Part shown: positions 1-9,422 of the stretch, piece by piece
Layout: every line of letters begins with the position of its first letter
Position numbering within the stretch: position 1 is the first letter of the stretch
Assembly: GCA_965223295.1 (NCBI GenBank)
Contig: CBDCWC010000003.1
Coordinates: 1,664,001 to 1,728,000, forward strand
Source of the DNA: Nitrospirales bacterium
GTDB lineage: Bacteria; Nitrospirota; Nitrospiria; Nitrospirales; UBA8639
Reading direction: 5' to 3'
Length of the DNA: 64,000 nt
Notes under the pieces: generated by a model
Databases searched by the model: none
Seen by the model: the letters and a program-made list of their open reading frames with translations, nothing else
What the model was told of the DNA's origin: nothing
Made by a program: the position numbers and the translations under genes

Positions 1-1320
1 GACATTGCGCGCCGGGCTCATCTGGCAGGTAAGGTGACAGTGTTAGGGGGTCCATCAGTTTCTGCCGCGCCTGAACAATATGAAGATATTGATTGTTTGC
101 ATTGCGGGGAAGTAGGGGATGCGACGCTGGACTTGTTCCGCCGGATTGATGAAACACCGGCACGTCCCGAGCAGCAACTGATCTTTCGAACAGTTGATCG
201 GCTTCCGATGACAGATTTTCCGACTCCAGCCTATCGTCTGATAAACATCCGTCAGTATCTGCTCGGCAGTGTGCAGTATTCCAGTGGTTGTCCTTTTACT
301 TGTGAATTTTGTGATATCCCTGCGCTGTATGGAAGAAATCCAAGACTGAAGACACCACAGCAAATTTTGACAGAACTGGATGAACTGGCCGATGGAGGGA
401 CGCCTTCCATTTATTTCGTGGATGACAATTTTATTGCCAATCCCCGAGCCGCGCGTGAACTGTTGCCATATCTGGTGGAATGGCAGAAGTGCCGGGATTA
501 TACGGTTCGCCTCTCCTGTGAACTCACGTTCAATGTGGTGGAATATCCCGATATTCTAGAGCTCATGCGTGAGGCGTTTATGACCAATATCTTTATTGGC
601 ATCGAGACTGTGGACCCGGATGCGTTGCGAGCCATGAGTAAAAGGCAAAACGTTCGTACGCCCATGCTTGAAGCCGTGGACACGGTGAATAGTTACGGAA
701 TCGAAATCGCTGCGGGCATTATCATTGGGTTGGATACAGATACGCCTGAGACCACTGACGCGATTATCGAATTTATTAAGGTTTCTCAGATTCCCATTGT
801 GACACCGAACTTGCTAGTGGCTTTGCCGCATACCCCGCTCTACGAACGTCTTGAAAAAGCTAATCGCCTCAATTCGGGAGAAGGACGTGACTCGAACGTC
901 GAGTACTTGCAACCGTATGATGAGGTCGTCGCAAATTGGAAGCGTGTCATTCGTGAAGCGTATGAACCACGAAATATCTACGCTCGCTATGCGGCGCAAG
1001 CCGAAAGAACGTATGTGCATCGGAAGCGGCCGACGCGTCCCTTGGATCAGTTGACGTGGGCGAATCTGCGTCGAGCGGTCGAAATTTTTGCGCGTACGGC
1101 TTGGCAAGTGGGTATTTGTAGCGATTATCGAAAAGAATTTTGGACCATGACCCGGCGAGAGTTAAAAGAGGGTAATGTTGAGTCAGTGTTCCAAATCGCG
1201 ATGGTAGCTCACCATTTGATCACCTTCGGGCGGGAATGTCTTACTCGCGATGTGCAAGCCTCAGCTTATTCAGCTCGTGGGAGAGATCTCAGTTTGTCCT
1301 ACGGCATCATTGTTCCGTAA
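1..1320 (+). CDS. hpnP: B12-binding radical SAM methyltransferase, HpnP-like hopanoid C-2 methylase (5'-truncated by window edge)
   Basis: Frame 1 is open from base 1 (DIARRAHLAGKVTVLGGPSVS). Radical SAM motif CPFTCEFC. Segments GGPSVS, HxGExGDAT, QYSSGCP..CEFCDIP.LYGRNPR.KTP.Q and GRDSNV match HpnP as I recall it. Adjacent to dxs/ispG/hpnH. Confidence 0.75.
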   Translation, partial: DIARRAHLAGKVTVLGGPSVSAAPEQYEDIDCLHCGEVGDATLDLFRRIDETPARPEQQLIFRTVDRLPMTDFPTPAYRLINIRQYLLGSVQYSSGCPFTCEFCDIPALYGRNPRLKTPQQILTELDELADGGTPSIYFVDDNFIANPRAARELLPYLVEWQKCRDYTVRLSCELTFNVVEYPDILELMREAFMTNIFIGIETVDPDALRAMSKRQNVRTPMLEAVDTVNSYGIEIAAGIIIGLDTDTPETTDAIIEFIKVSQIPIVTPNLLVALPHTPLYERLEKANRLNSGEGRDSNVEYLQPYDEVVANWKRVIREAYEPRNIYARYAAQAERTYVHRKRPTRPLDQLTWANLRRAVEIFARTAWQVGICSDYRKEFWTMTRRELKEGNVESVFQIAMVAHHLITFGRECLTRDVQASAYSARGRDLSLSYGIIVP

Positions 1321-1541
1321 GTATTTGAACAATTTTCGCCTGCTCTCTTCCAAACTCAGACTTGTTGGCTCACAGCATACCTGTTCGTCGGCTAAACTCA
1401 TTCTGTGGCAAAGACTGGTGCTTGACACTTCTTAGCAGCTATGGGATGATTTTAGTTGTATTCATGCCTAAGTTCTGATGTTCTTCATGATTCCCTGACA
1501 AAAAGGCGGCGTTAGTTTTAGCCTAGAAGAAAGGAAGCCTT

Positions 1542-3440
1542 ATGTCCTTGTTAAAAAGGATTGAAAGTCCTACAGATTTAAAGAAGCTCTCTCCCGAACA
1601 ATTTCCTGAATTATGCCAGGAAATCCGCGAGCTGATCATCGAGGTTATCTCCAAGGTGGGCGGACATCTTGCTTCTAATCTTGGTGTGGTGGAGTTAACT
1701 GTAGCCTTACAGTATTTACTCAACACGCCAGAGGACAAAATTGTTTGGGATACCAGTAATCAAGCCTATGCGCATAAATTGTTGACGGGTCGTCGAGAAA
1801 AATTTCACACGATCCGCCAATTCGGTGGCATGAGCGGGTTCTGTAAGCGTGAAGAAAGCATGTATGACACCTTTAATGCTGGACATGCAGGCACAGGAGT
1901 TTCTGCTGCGGTTGGCTTTGTGGAAGCCCGCGAGAAATTAGGCCGTTCCAATAAAATTGTTTGTGTGGTAGGGGATGGCGCACTCACATCTGGCATGACA
2001 TTGGAAGGGTTACAGCATGCAGGGGATAAGGGTAAGGACCTTGTGGTGATTCTGAATGATAATCAGATGTCTATTTCTCGCAACGTCGGGGCAATCTCAG
2101 CATATTTAAACCGCACATTTACCGGGGAGTTCTACACGAGATTTCGTGAAGAAACCTCACAATTGTTGGATACCATTCCGCAAATTGGTGAAAACGTGAA
2201 GCGGATTGCCATGCGAGCGGAAGAGTTAGCTAAAGGGTTCCTGCTGCCAGGTCTCTTATTTGAGGAACTAGGCTTTCGCTATGTTGGTCCTATCGATGGG
2301 CACAATTTTGAGCATTTGTTGCCAACGCTTGATAACGTCCTGAAGCTGAAGGGACCAACGCTTTTACATGTGATTACCAAAAAAGGGTTAGGTTTTGAAC
2401 CAGCTATGGAGAATCCTGTTTGGTTCCATGCCTGCTCGCCGTTTGATTCAAAAACAGGCCGACCGGTCAAAAAGTCTGGGCATCCCTCTTATAGCGCCAT
2501 CGTTGCTGATACCTTGAGGCGTCAGGCACGTAAAGATCAGCGCGTGGTTGCGATCACGGCAGCGATGTGCGAAGGCACAGGCCTGTCCAGCTTCCAAAAA
2601 GAATTTCCCGAACGGTTGATTGATGTGGGAATTGCTGAGCAACATGCCGTGACCTATGCCGCAGGACTGGCAGCAGAACAAATGCGCCCCGTCATTTGTA
2701 TGTATTCGACGTTTCTGCAACGTGCCTATGATCAAGTGGTGCATGATGTCGCCACACAGAACTTGCCTGTGACATTCTGTATTGATCGAGGTGGACTCGT
2801 GGCGGAAGATGGAACCACGCATCATGGGGCCTTTGATTTTGCGTATCTTCGCCATGTCCCCAATATGATTGTGATGGCCCCAAAAGATGAGAATGAAGTT
2901 CAGCATATGGTGCAAACAGGATTGGTTCATGAGGGTCCTGTTGCGGTGCGCTATCCTCGTGGAAGCAGCTTAGGAGTGCCCTTGGATCCCGAGCCAATTC
3001 CTTTGGAAATAGGGCAAGGAGAACTCTTAGTTGAAGGAACAGATGTCGCCATTGTGGCTATAGGCGTGATGGTGTCGGAAGCCATCAAGGCAGCTGAACA
3101 ACTGAAAGACAATGGAATCTCTGCGGCAGTTATTAACGCAAGATTTGTGAAACCTTTGGATAAAGACCTTATTCGTGATGTGGCGAAAAATGTCAAATGT
3201 CTCATCACCGTGGAAGAAGGCTGTCGAATGGGAGGATTTGGTTCGGCTGTGTTAGAGTTTCTTTCCGAGGAAGAACGATGGGATTTGCCGACGAAGGTGC
3301 TCGGATTACCGGATTGGTATATTGAACAAGGTCCACAAGATTTACTTCGTGAAAAATACGGGTTAACGGCCGATGGGATTCATGATCAAGCCAAAGCTCT
3401 CGTCGAACGAGTCTCCCTGAAAACCATTTTACGTTCATAA
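1542..3440 (+). CDS. dxs: 1-deoxy-D-xylulose-5-phosphate synthase
   Basis: GGHLASNLGVVELT, TPP motif GDGALTSG...LNDN, DVGIAEQHA, DRGGLVAEDGTTHHG; RBS aaggaag. Confidence 0.97.
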   Translation: MSLLKRIESPTDLKKLSPEQFPELCQEIRELIIEVISKVGGHLASNLGVVELTVALQYLLNTPEDKIVWDTSNQAYAHKLLTGRREKFHTIRQFGGMSGFCKREESMYDTFNAGHAGTGVSAAVGFVEAREKLGRSNKIVCVVGDGALTSGMTLEGLQHAGDKGKDLVVILNDNQMSISRNVGAISAYLNRTFTGEFYTRFREETSQLLDTIPQIGENVKRIAMRAEELAKGFLLPGLLFEELGFRYVGPIDGHNFEHLLPTLDNVLKLKGPTLLHVITKKGLGFEPAMENPVWFHACSPFDSKTGRPVKKSGHPSYSAIVADTLRRQARKDQRVVAITAAMCEGTGLSSFQKEFPERLIDVGIAEQHAVTYAAGLAAEQMRPVICMYSTFLQRAYDQVVHDVATQNLPVTFCIDRGGLVAEDGTTHHGAFDFAYLRHVPNMIVMAPKDENEVQHMVQTGLVHEGPVAVRYPRGSSLGVPLDPEPIPLEIGQGELLVEGTDVAIVAIGVMVSEAIKAAEQLKDNGISAAVINARFVKPLDKDLIRDVAKNVKCLITVEEGCRMGGFGSAVLEFLSEEERWDLPTKVLGLPDWYIEQGPQDLLREKYGLTADGIHDQAKALVERVSLKTILRS

Positions 3441-3446
3441 CTTCAT

Positions 3447-4631
3447 ATGCATATTGCCAGACGAAAAACCCGCCAGATCCAGGTGGGACCGGTCAAGATC
3501 GGCGGAGATGCGCCGATTTCGGTGCAATCCATGACCATCCCTCATCCCAGTGATGTTTCCGGGACCCTCGAACAAATTCGTCGCTTAGAAGAAGCGGGGT
3601 GTGAACTCATCCGAGTGGCGGTCCCTGATATGGAAGCGGCTCAGGCCCTCCCCAAAATAAAAGCTCAGATGACGGTGCCGCTCATCGCGGATATTCATTT
3701 TGATCATCGTTTGGCATTAAAGGCAGCAGAGGTGGTGGATTGTGTGCGCATCAATCCAGGGAATATTGGTCCTTGGTGGAAAACTGAAGAAGTCATCAAA
3801 GCCGTGAATGATCATGGTATTCCTCTGAGAATTGGTGTGAACGGAGGTTCACTGGAAAAGCCATTGTTAGACAAATATGGATATCCGACGGCCGAAGCCC
3901 TCGCTGAATCGGCTTTAAACGCGGTTCATGCATTAGAAGACGTGGGCTTTACTAATATGAAAGTCTCCCTCAAAGCGTCGGATGTGCATATGGCCATCGA
4001 CGCCTATTGGCTCTTTGCGCAGCAATCCAATTATCCCTTACATATTGGTATCACGGAGGCTGGTACAGCGATGACTGGCGCGGTCAAGTCCGCAATGGGA
4101 TTGGGGTGGCTCCTGTCTCAGGGCATTGGTGACACGCTGCGGGTGTCGTTAGCGGCTGATCCGGTTGAAGAAGTCAAAGTCGGTTTTGAGATCTTAAAAT
4201 CACTTGAATTGCGGCATCGTGGGGTCAATGTGATTGCGTGTCCTACATGTGGCCGCGTCGAAATTGACGTGGTGAAAATGGCCAATGAATTAGAGCATAG
4301 ATTAAGTCATATCACGAACCCCATCACGGTGTCAGTTCTTGGCTGTGTCGTCAATGGTATTGGGGAAGGAAAGGAAGCCGATATTGGGATAGCGGGTGGT
4401 CAAGGGGTAGGAATCATCTTTAAAAAAGGCAAACTCTATAAACGTGTACCTTCAGAAGAATTAATGGATACGTTGATCGAAGAAGTCGAAGTCATGGCAA
4501 AAGAGCAGGAGTCTGATAATTCAAATCAATCGGTTTCTATGGCCGATCCTGACGTTCTTCCAATCGATGATCTGTCTTTAGCCTCCACAGGGCGTTCCTC
4601 ACGAGACATTCCAGTTTTACCTCTCAGGTAA
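3447..4631 (+). CDS. ispG: (E)-4-hydroxy-3-methylbut-2-enyl-diphosphate synthase
   Basis: PISVQSMT, ADIHFD, RINPGN, CPTCGR, GCVVNG.GE. Confidence 0.97.
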   Translation: MHIARRKTRQIQVGPVKIGGDAPISVQSMTIPHPSDVSGTLEQIRRLEEAGCELIRVAVPDMEAAQALPKIKAQMTVPLIADIHFDHRLALKAAEVVDCVRINPGNIGPWWKTEEVIKAVNDHGIPLRIGVNGGSLEKPLLDKYGYPTAEALAESALNAVHALEDVGFTNMKVSLKASDVHMAIDAYWLFAQQSNYPLHIGITEAGTAMTGAVKSAMGLGWLLSQGIGDTLRVSLAADPVEEVKVGFEILKSLELRHRGVNVIACPTCGRVEIDVVKMANELEHRLSHITNPITVSVLGCVVNGIGEGKEADIGIAGGQGVGIIFKKGKLYKRVPSEELMDTLIEEVEVMAKEQESDNSNQSVSMADPDVLPIDDLSLASTGRSSRDIPVLPLR

Positions 4632-4673
4632 TCGTCGGTACTTCCTAAGAAGTAGAAGCCATCGTCCTCTCAG

Positions 4674-4703
4674 TTGTGCAAAACAAAAGCGACTTCGTAT
4701 AAT
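4674..4703 (+). promoter_or_regulatory. Putative sigma70 promoter of tRNA-Cys/hpnH
   Basis: TTGTGC, 18 nt spacer, TATAAT, 11 nt before the tRNA. Confidence 0.55.
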
Positions 4704-4714
4704 GAAGTTTAGAA

Positions 4715-4790
4715 GGCGCCGTACCCAAGTGGTTAAGGGAGCAGTCTGCAAAACTGCGATTCAGCGGTTCGACCCCGCTCGGCGCCTCCA
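4715..4790 (+). tRNA. tRNA-Cys(GCA)
   Basis: Acceptor stem GGCGCCG/CGGCGCC, anticodon arm GCAGT-CTGCAAA-ACTGC, T loop TTCGAC, encoded CCA. Confidence 0.96.
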
Positions 4791-4871
4791 CGTATTGCTT
4801 TTCTCACAAATACAACATTTCTTGTTTTAGGTAGGACAATAGCGGGCTACGCACGTTGGAGTAGATCAGTA

Positions 4872-5888
4872 ATGGGTGTTCCTCTTTCGCAAATGTACAC
4901 GGTATCGCAATATGCGCTATCGAAGCATCTTCGTGGCATCAAGCGATATCCGCTCGTGTTAATGCTCGAACCCTTGTTTCGATGTAATTTGGAATGTGCC
5001 GGATGTGGGAAGATCCAATATCCTGATCATATTCTGAACAGACGTTTGACGCCTGAGCAATGTTGGACGGCGGCAGATGAATGTGGAGCGCCAATTGTGA
5101 GCATTCCTGGAGGTGAGCCTCTCATTCATCCAGAAATGCCAGCTATTGTCGAAGGCCTTGTGCAGCGGAAAAAATATGTTTATTTGTGTACGAACGCCAT
5201 TCTTTTAGAACGAAAAATTCAAGACTATATGCCATCAAAGTACCTGACCTTCAGTATTCATATGGATGGGCTGAAAGAAGAGCATGACCATGCTGTCTGC
5301 CGGGATGGCGTCTATGATGTAGCGGTGAAGGCGATTCGCGTTGCATTAGCCAAGGGTTTTCGAGTGACGACCAATACAACGCTGTTTGATGATGCCGAGC
5401 CATCTCGTGTTCGTCGATTCTTTGATGAAATGATGGAGTTGGGGGTGGAAGGCATGATGATTTCGCCTGGGTACAGTTACGATAAAGCCCCTGATCAGCA
5501 AAGCTTTCTGAAGCGGAATCGCACGCGGTCATTGTTTTCCCAATTGCTTACGCAACGTAAGCGAACCTGGCAGTTTAATCAGTCGCCGCTTTTTCTCGAG
5601 TTTCTCATGGGGAAGCGGGATTATGACTGCACGCCATGGGGAAATCCCACCTACAATATCTTTGGCTGGCAGCGTCCCTGTTACTTATTGCAAGAAGGAT
5701 ATGTTTCGACGTTTCGAGAACTCATGGAAGAAACAGAATGGGAGCGCTATGGGACTGGACGGCACGAGCAATGCCGGGACTGTATGGTGCATTGTGGCTA
5801 CGAAGCGTCGGCGGTCAAAGATACCTTTGGGTCTTGGAGTGGATTCTTCGGAACCGTTAGGGCCACGCTCTTCCCTAATGCAGTGTAG
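4872..5888 (+). CDS. hpnH: Adenosyl-hopene transferase (radical SAM)
   Basis: YPLVLMLEPLFRCNLECAGCGKI, CTPWGNPT, CMVHCGYE: HpnH signatures. Confidence 0.93.
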   Translation: MGVPLSQMYTVSQYALSKHLRGIKRYPLVLMLEPLFRCNLECAGCGKIQYPDHILNRRLTPEQCWTAADECGAPIVSIPGGEPLIHPEMPAIVEGLVQRKKYVYLCTNAILLERKIQDYMPSKYLTFSIHMDGLKEEHDHAVCRDGVYDVAVKAIRVALAKGFRVTTNTTLFDDAEPSRVRRFFDEMMELGVEGMMISPGYSYDKAPDQQSFLKRNRTRSLFSQLLTQRKRTWQFNQSPLFLEFLMGKRDYDCTPWGNPTYNIFGWQRPCYLLQEGYVSTFRELMEETEWERYGTGRHEQCRDCMVHCGYEASAVKDTFGSWSGFFGTVRATLFPNAV

Positions 5889-5962
5889 CGCTTGCCTCAG
5901 TCATTCCCCGGCCTACTTTTCCTATCGAACTGAGCCAAATCCTCTCGGAAAGGTCATAAGTT

Positions 5963-6307
5963 GTGAGTGACCAAGACCTTTCAGATAATCATCCACCGTC
6001 TTGGGAAGGGCATCGGTTGCCGACTCATACGGAGTCTGACTTGCAAGAGGCCCTTACTAGAGCCTGCGATTATCGAGGCGACGTAACCATTCATCTCAAT
6101 ACTGGAGAGCAGGTTATCGGTTATGTGTTTGATCGCCAAGAACGAGTTTCCGACCCTCATATTAAACTGTTTTTACCCAATCACACCGAGCCGATCACGG
6201 TGAGTTATCAGGATATTATTGAAATAGAATTTAGCGGAGAAGACACGGCATTTGGCCGATCCTGGGAAGATTGGGCCCAGAAGTGGCAAAAGCCAAAAGA
6301 GCCTTAG
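5963..6307 (+). CDS. Hypothetical protein, possible Sm/SH3-like small beta barrel
   Basis: 114 aa, GTG start, natural composition, YRGDVTIHLNTGEQVIGYVFD; follows hpnH. Confidence 0.7.
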   Translation: MSDQDLSDNHPPSWEGHRLPTHTESDLQEALTRACDYRGDVTIHLNTGEQVIGYVFDRQERVSDPHIKLFLPNHTEPITVSYQDIIEIEFSGEDTAFGRSWEDWAQKWQKPKEP

Positions 6308-6450
6308 TCTTTTTCAGCTGTCTTCGTGGTTCCTCCCTCCTTTCTACAAGATTTTTTTATATTTCCGATATCCCACAATTCACCAATCCCTTTGGAAATG
6401 TTGCTACTCGAAAAATAGACATTTTCCGGGCAATTGAGTCTTTCACTAAA

Positions 6451-6674
6451 TGGCCTGTTGAAAAAAGCCGCCAGCGGCGTTCCCTGCCTTCGCCGGAGCG
6501 GCTTCGCGCAGGCAGGTCGACATTGTTCCGTGCTCACGTAGGACCAGGACGCTCCGTGCGCAAAAATGGCTGAGGCCTTGCTGGACGCCATTTTTGAAAA
6601 GCCCTGATGCTGTTGATGGCCAACCGCTTCCGGGCGAAATATGGCCCTTGATATCCTCATTATTCAACACTCCA
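6451..6674 (+). mobile_element. MITE-like element, family A copy 1, with a nested 34-bp palindrome (6483-6516)
   Basis: TIRs tggcctgttgaa / ttcaacactcca; 5-bp flanking duplication CTAAA (6446-6450, 6675-6679); homologous to 44836-45026 and 47089-47242. Confidence 0.8.
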
Positions 6675-7070
6675 CTAAACGTAGGATTCGATTGACGGTC
6701 GCCGCTTGTCTGTGATAGAAAACCAGGTCTTTTTTGAGGGTCAAAAGACCTAGAAAATGAAAGAAGATCAAAGTAATTAAAGGAAGAGGTCCCATTTGAG
6801 TTATTGAAAAAGTAGTCAATTAACAGATATGGCCTAGACCGTCGAGGATAAAATCAGTTCCCGTCCTCTTTTATCTTTTCCTCGAATGTTCCCCGCCGGT
6901 TTAGGAAAAAGCCTTTTTTGGAACTCCACTAAGAGAAATAAAAAGTCTTCAGAAGGGGATAACATAGGAAGTGTAGTCCTCGAGGAAGTGGCAAGGTTGT
7001 TGGTAACAGTTGAGAAAAAGCAGGAAGCTGAATAGGGTTGTATTAGGAATCACGTACACGAGGGGGAACA

Positions 7071-7622
7071 ATGAACGAATACCGAAATCTTCGAAGCTTG
7101 TTTGTCATGGGGTTAGCAGTTGTGGCGATGTCCTTATCGGCTTGTGGCGGTGGCGGCGAAGGTCCACCCAAGCCCCCACCGCCTGCTCCGCCTGAATATG
7201 CAGACAAGCATATGCCGGACGGCTATTGGAACAATCCAGACATCATTGCAGAGGGAAAAGCCATTTATACTGGGCAGCATAACATTGATGTGAACTGTGC
7301 CAGTTGTCATGGAAAAAACGGGAAGCCCGTTAAGGCAGGTGCCAGAGATTTTCGCCGAACTGAGCAAATGGAGTTGTATTCTGACGCGGTATGGTTTTGG
7401 CGAGTCAGCGAAGGAGTGAAAGGCACCAAGATGAAAGCTTGGAAGAGCAAGCTTTCTGAAGAGGAAATTTGGAAAGTGATCGCCTTTGAATCAACATTTG
7501 GTCTTAGTGGCAAGGAATATGATGTCGCTGCAAAAAAATGGGTGGCGGCTGGGACGGCAGGATCGGCTCCCGCAGCAGACGCACCTTCGGCTGAAGCGCC
7601 CGAAGGTGATGCTGCTCATTAA
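7071..7622 (+). CDS. Monoheme cytochrome c lipoprotein
   Basis: Lipobox LSAC, CASCH, distal Met in GTKMKAW. Confidence 0.9.
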   Translation: MNEYRNLRSLFVMGLAVVAMSLSACGGGGEGPPKPPPPAPPEYADKHMPDGYWNNPDIIAEGKAIYTGQHNIDVNCASCHGKNGKPVKAGARDFRRTEQMELYSDAVWFWRVSEGVKGTKMKAWKSKLSEEEIWKVIAFESTFGLSGKEYDVAAKKWVAAGTAGSAPAADAPSAEAPEGDAAH

Positions 7623-7680
7623 TAACGCCAAAACCTAAATCTCAGGAATCGGAAGAACGTCAAAAGGAGGGGTACGACCC

Positions 7681-9366
7681 TTGAAAACCTTACATCGAAG
7701 TATATGGATGGTCTTAGGCCTGCTTATTGGCGGGGCCGCTCTCGCATATGGGCAGGGTGTTCCCGCACCAGAAGTGGATTTTCCATATACTGGAAACCGA
7801 ACAGCAGTCTGGGTCGTAGCCAATCTGCATATATTATTTGCAGCCTTTATTCTTGGGGCTCCAATCTTTGCCGTGGTGGCTGAATGGCTTGGGTACAAAA
7901 ATAACGATCCGAAGTATGACCGGCTTGCGAAAGAGGTTATTAAAGTTACGGTTATACTCTACAGCATGACGGCTTTAACCGGTGGGTTGTTTATTTTCGT
8001 GCTCTTGGGAACCTATCCCGACTTTTCAACCTGGCTTATTCAGCATTTCTTCTTAGTATTTGCTGTCTTTTATCCAGTGTTGTTTATCATGGAGACCATT
8101 ATCCTCTATACGTATTTCTATTCTTGGGATTCTATGAAGGGTTCTTTGAAAGGGCGTCATATTGCTCTGGGAATTCTCTTGAATATCGTTGGGACCGTGA
8201 CGTTGTTTGTCATTGATGGTCCCACGGCGTTCATGAATACTCCTGCAAAAGCAGCGGAAGGGGTCTCCCTCGTAGAATTCGTCTCGAATGCTGGTTTGTG
8301 GGATAAAATGGCCAACTATAGCTGGATGCCACTGAATTTACATCGGTTAGTCGGGAACGTCACTTTTGGAGGCTTCATTGCAGGTTTGATCGCGGCCTAT
8401 ATGTTTATGCGCTCTAAAACTGATGAAGAGCGATCCTATTATGATTGGATGGGATTTGTAGGCAATATGATTGGGGTGGGAGCCTTACTCTTGCTTCCAT
8501 TCATGGGCTACCTTTTAGCTTATGAACTCTGTGATTATGATGCCTCGATTTGCCCCTATATGATGGCAGACCAATTGTCGATGTTCTTCGAAATGCAAGG
8601 GGCAATGATTGGTTTGATATTTTTAGCAAGCAACTATTACATTTGGCTTAGTCTCAAGCGCATTGATGGCGTTGAGAAGATCAGAATTTCAGGATTTGTG
8701 GCGTTAGCTGTGCTGATTATGCCGGCTGTTATGGGGATGGCGTGGAAAATGTTTCCCCCTCCTGAGTGGCAGTCCTTGATTTATTTGGCAGCAATTGTCA
8801 TTGCGCCAATGGTTCTCGGCAGGGTTCCCGGGCTCAGTAATTTCACCGTTTCCGCGTTTACAATGATCAAAGTCGGGTTTTTGATGATTGTCGTGGCTGA
8901 TGCCATTTGGATGACGCCTCATGGTTTTGTCGCCACGCAAGGTCTGGCGACGCATGATCTCGAGTTGCCGGAATGGGCCGAAGAATTGGCCTTGATGCCG
9001 GCCAAAAATGCGGCGGCGTTCACGCTTGTGTTTCTCACGATTGTGAACTACATCATGTATAACCGGGCCATCAAGCAAGGAACGATTATTTGGGGGAAAA
9101 TAGATTTTGCCTCACAATTTGTCTTGATTTTCTTAGCATTTAGCGCAATTTGGACCATGGGTTTGATGGGAACCGTTCGGTCACTCACCAGAAAATATTT
9201 CCATGTCTATAATCTTGTTCCAGATTTTTCAGCCGAGGCCTTTACGCCGACATTATCGTACTCGGCTTGGTGGATTACGGGAGTCACGATTGTATTCTAT
9301 GCGGTGGTTAGTTTTGCCATTCTGGTCACTCTTAAGCCAGTCAATCCAAAAACGGCAGCTTCTTAG
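7681..9366 (+). CDS. Cytochrome bd-like oxidase subunit (CydA-like), copy 1
   Basis: Polytopic membrane protein; ANLHILFAAF and LNLHRLVGN align with the CydA heme-ligand histidines; lacks the canonical GRQPW. Confidence 0.85.
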   Translation: MKTLHRSIWMVLGLLIGGAALAYGQGVPAPEVDFPYTGNRTAVWVVANLHILFAAFILGAPIFAVVAEWLGYKNNDPKYDRLAKEVIKVTVILYSMTALTGGLFIFVLLGTYPDFSTWLIQHFFLVFAVFYPVLFIMETIILYTYFYSWDSMKGSLKGRHIALGILLNIVGTVTLFVIDGPTAFMNTPAKAAEGVSLVEFVSNAGLWDKMANYSWMPLNLHRLVGNVTFGGFIAGLIAAYMFMRSKTDEERSYYDWMGFVGNMIGVGALLLLPFMGYLLAYELCDYDASICPYMMADQLSMFFEMQGAMIGLIFLASNYYIWLSLKRIDGVEKIRISGFVALAVLIMPAVMGMAWKMFPPPEWQSLIYLAAIVIAPMVLGRVPGLSNFTVSAFTMIKVGFLMIVVADAIWMTPHGFVATQGLATHDLELPEWAEELALMPAKNAAAFTLVFLTIVNYIMYNRAIKQGTIIWGKIDFASQFVLIFLAFSAIWTMGLMGTVRSLTRKYFHVYNLVPDFSAEAFTPTLSYSAWWITGVTIVFYAVVSFAILVTLKPVNPKTAAS

Positions 9367-9422
9367 CTGCTTGTCTTGATTGTGAGGGGTAGAGAGAACG
9401 AATTTCGAAGAAAAGGAATTGT

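Noticed and set aside
6252-6670. Several 60-118 aa ORFs on both strands
   Set aside because: They span the MITE-like repeat and have no recognisable protein features
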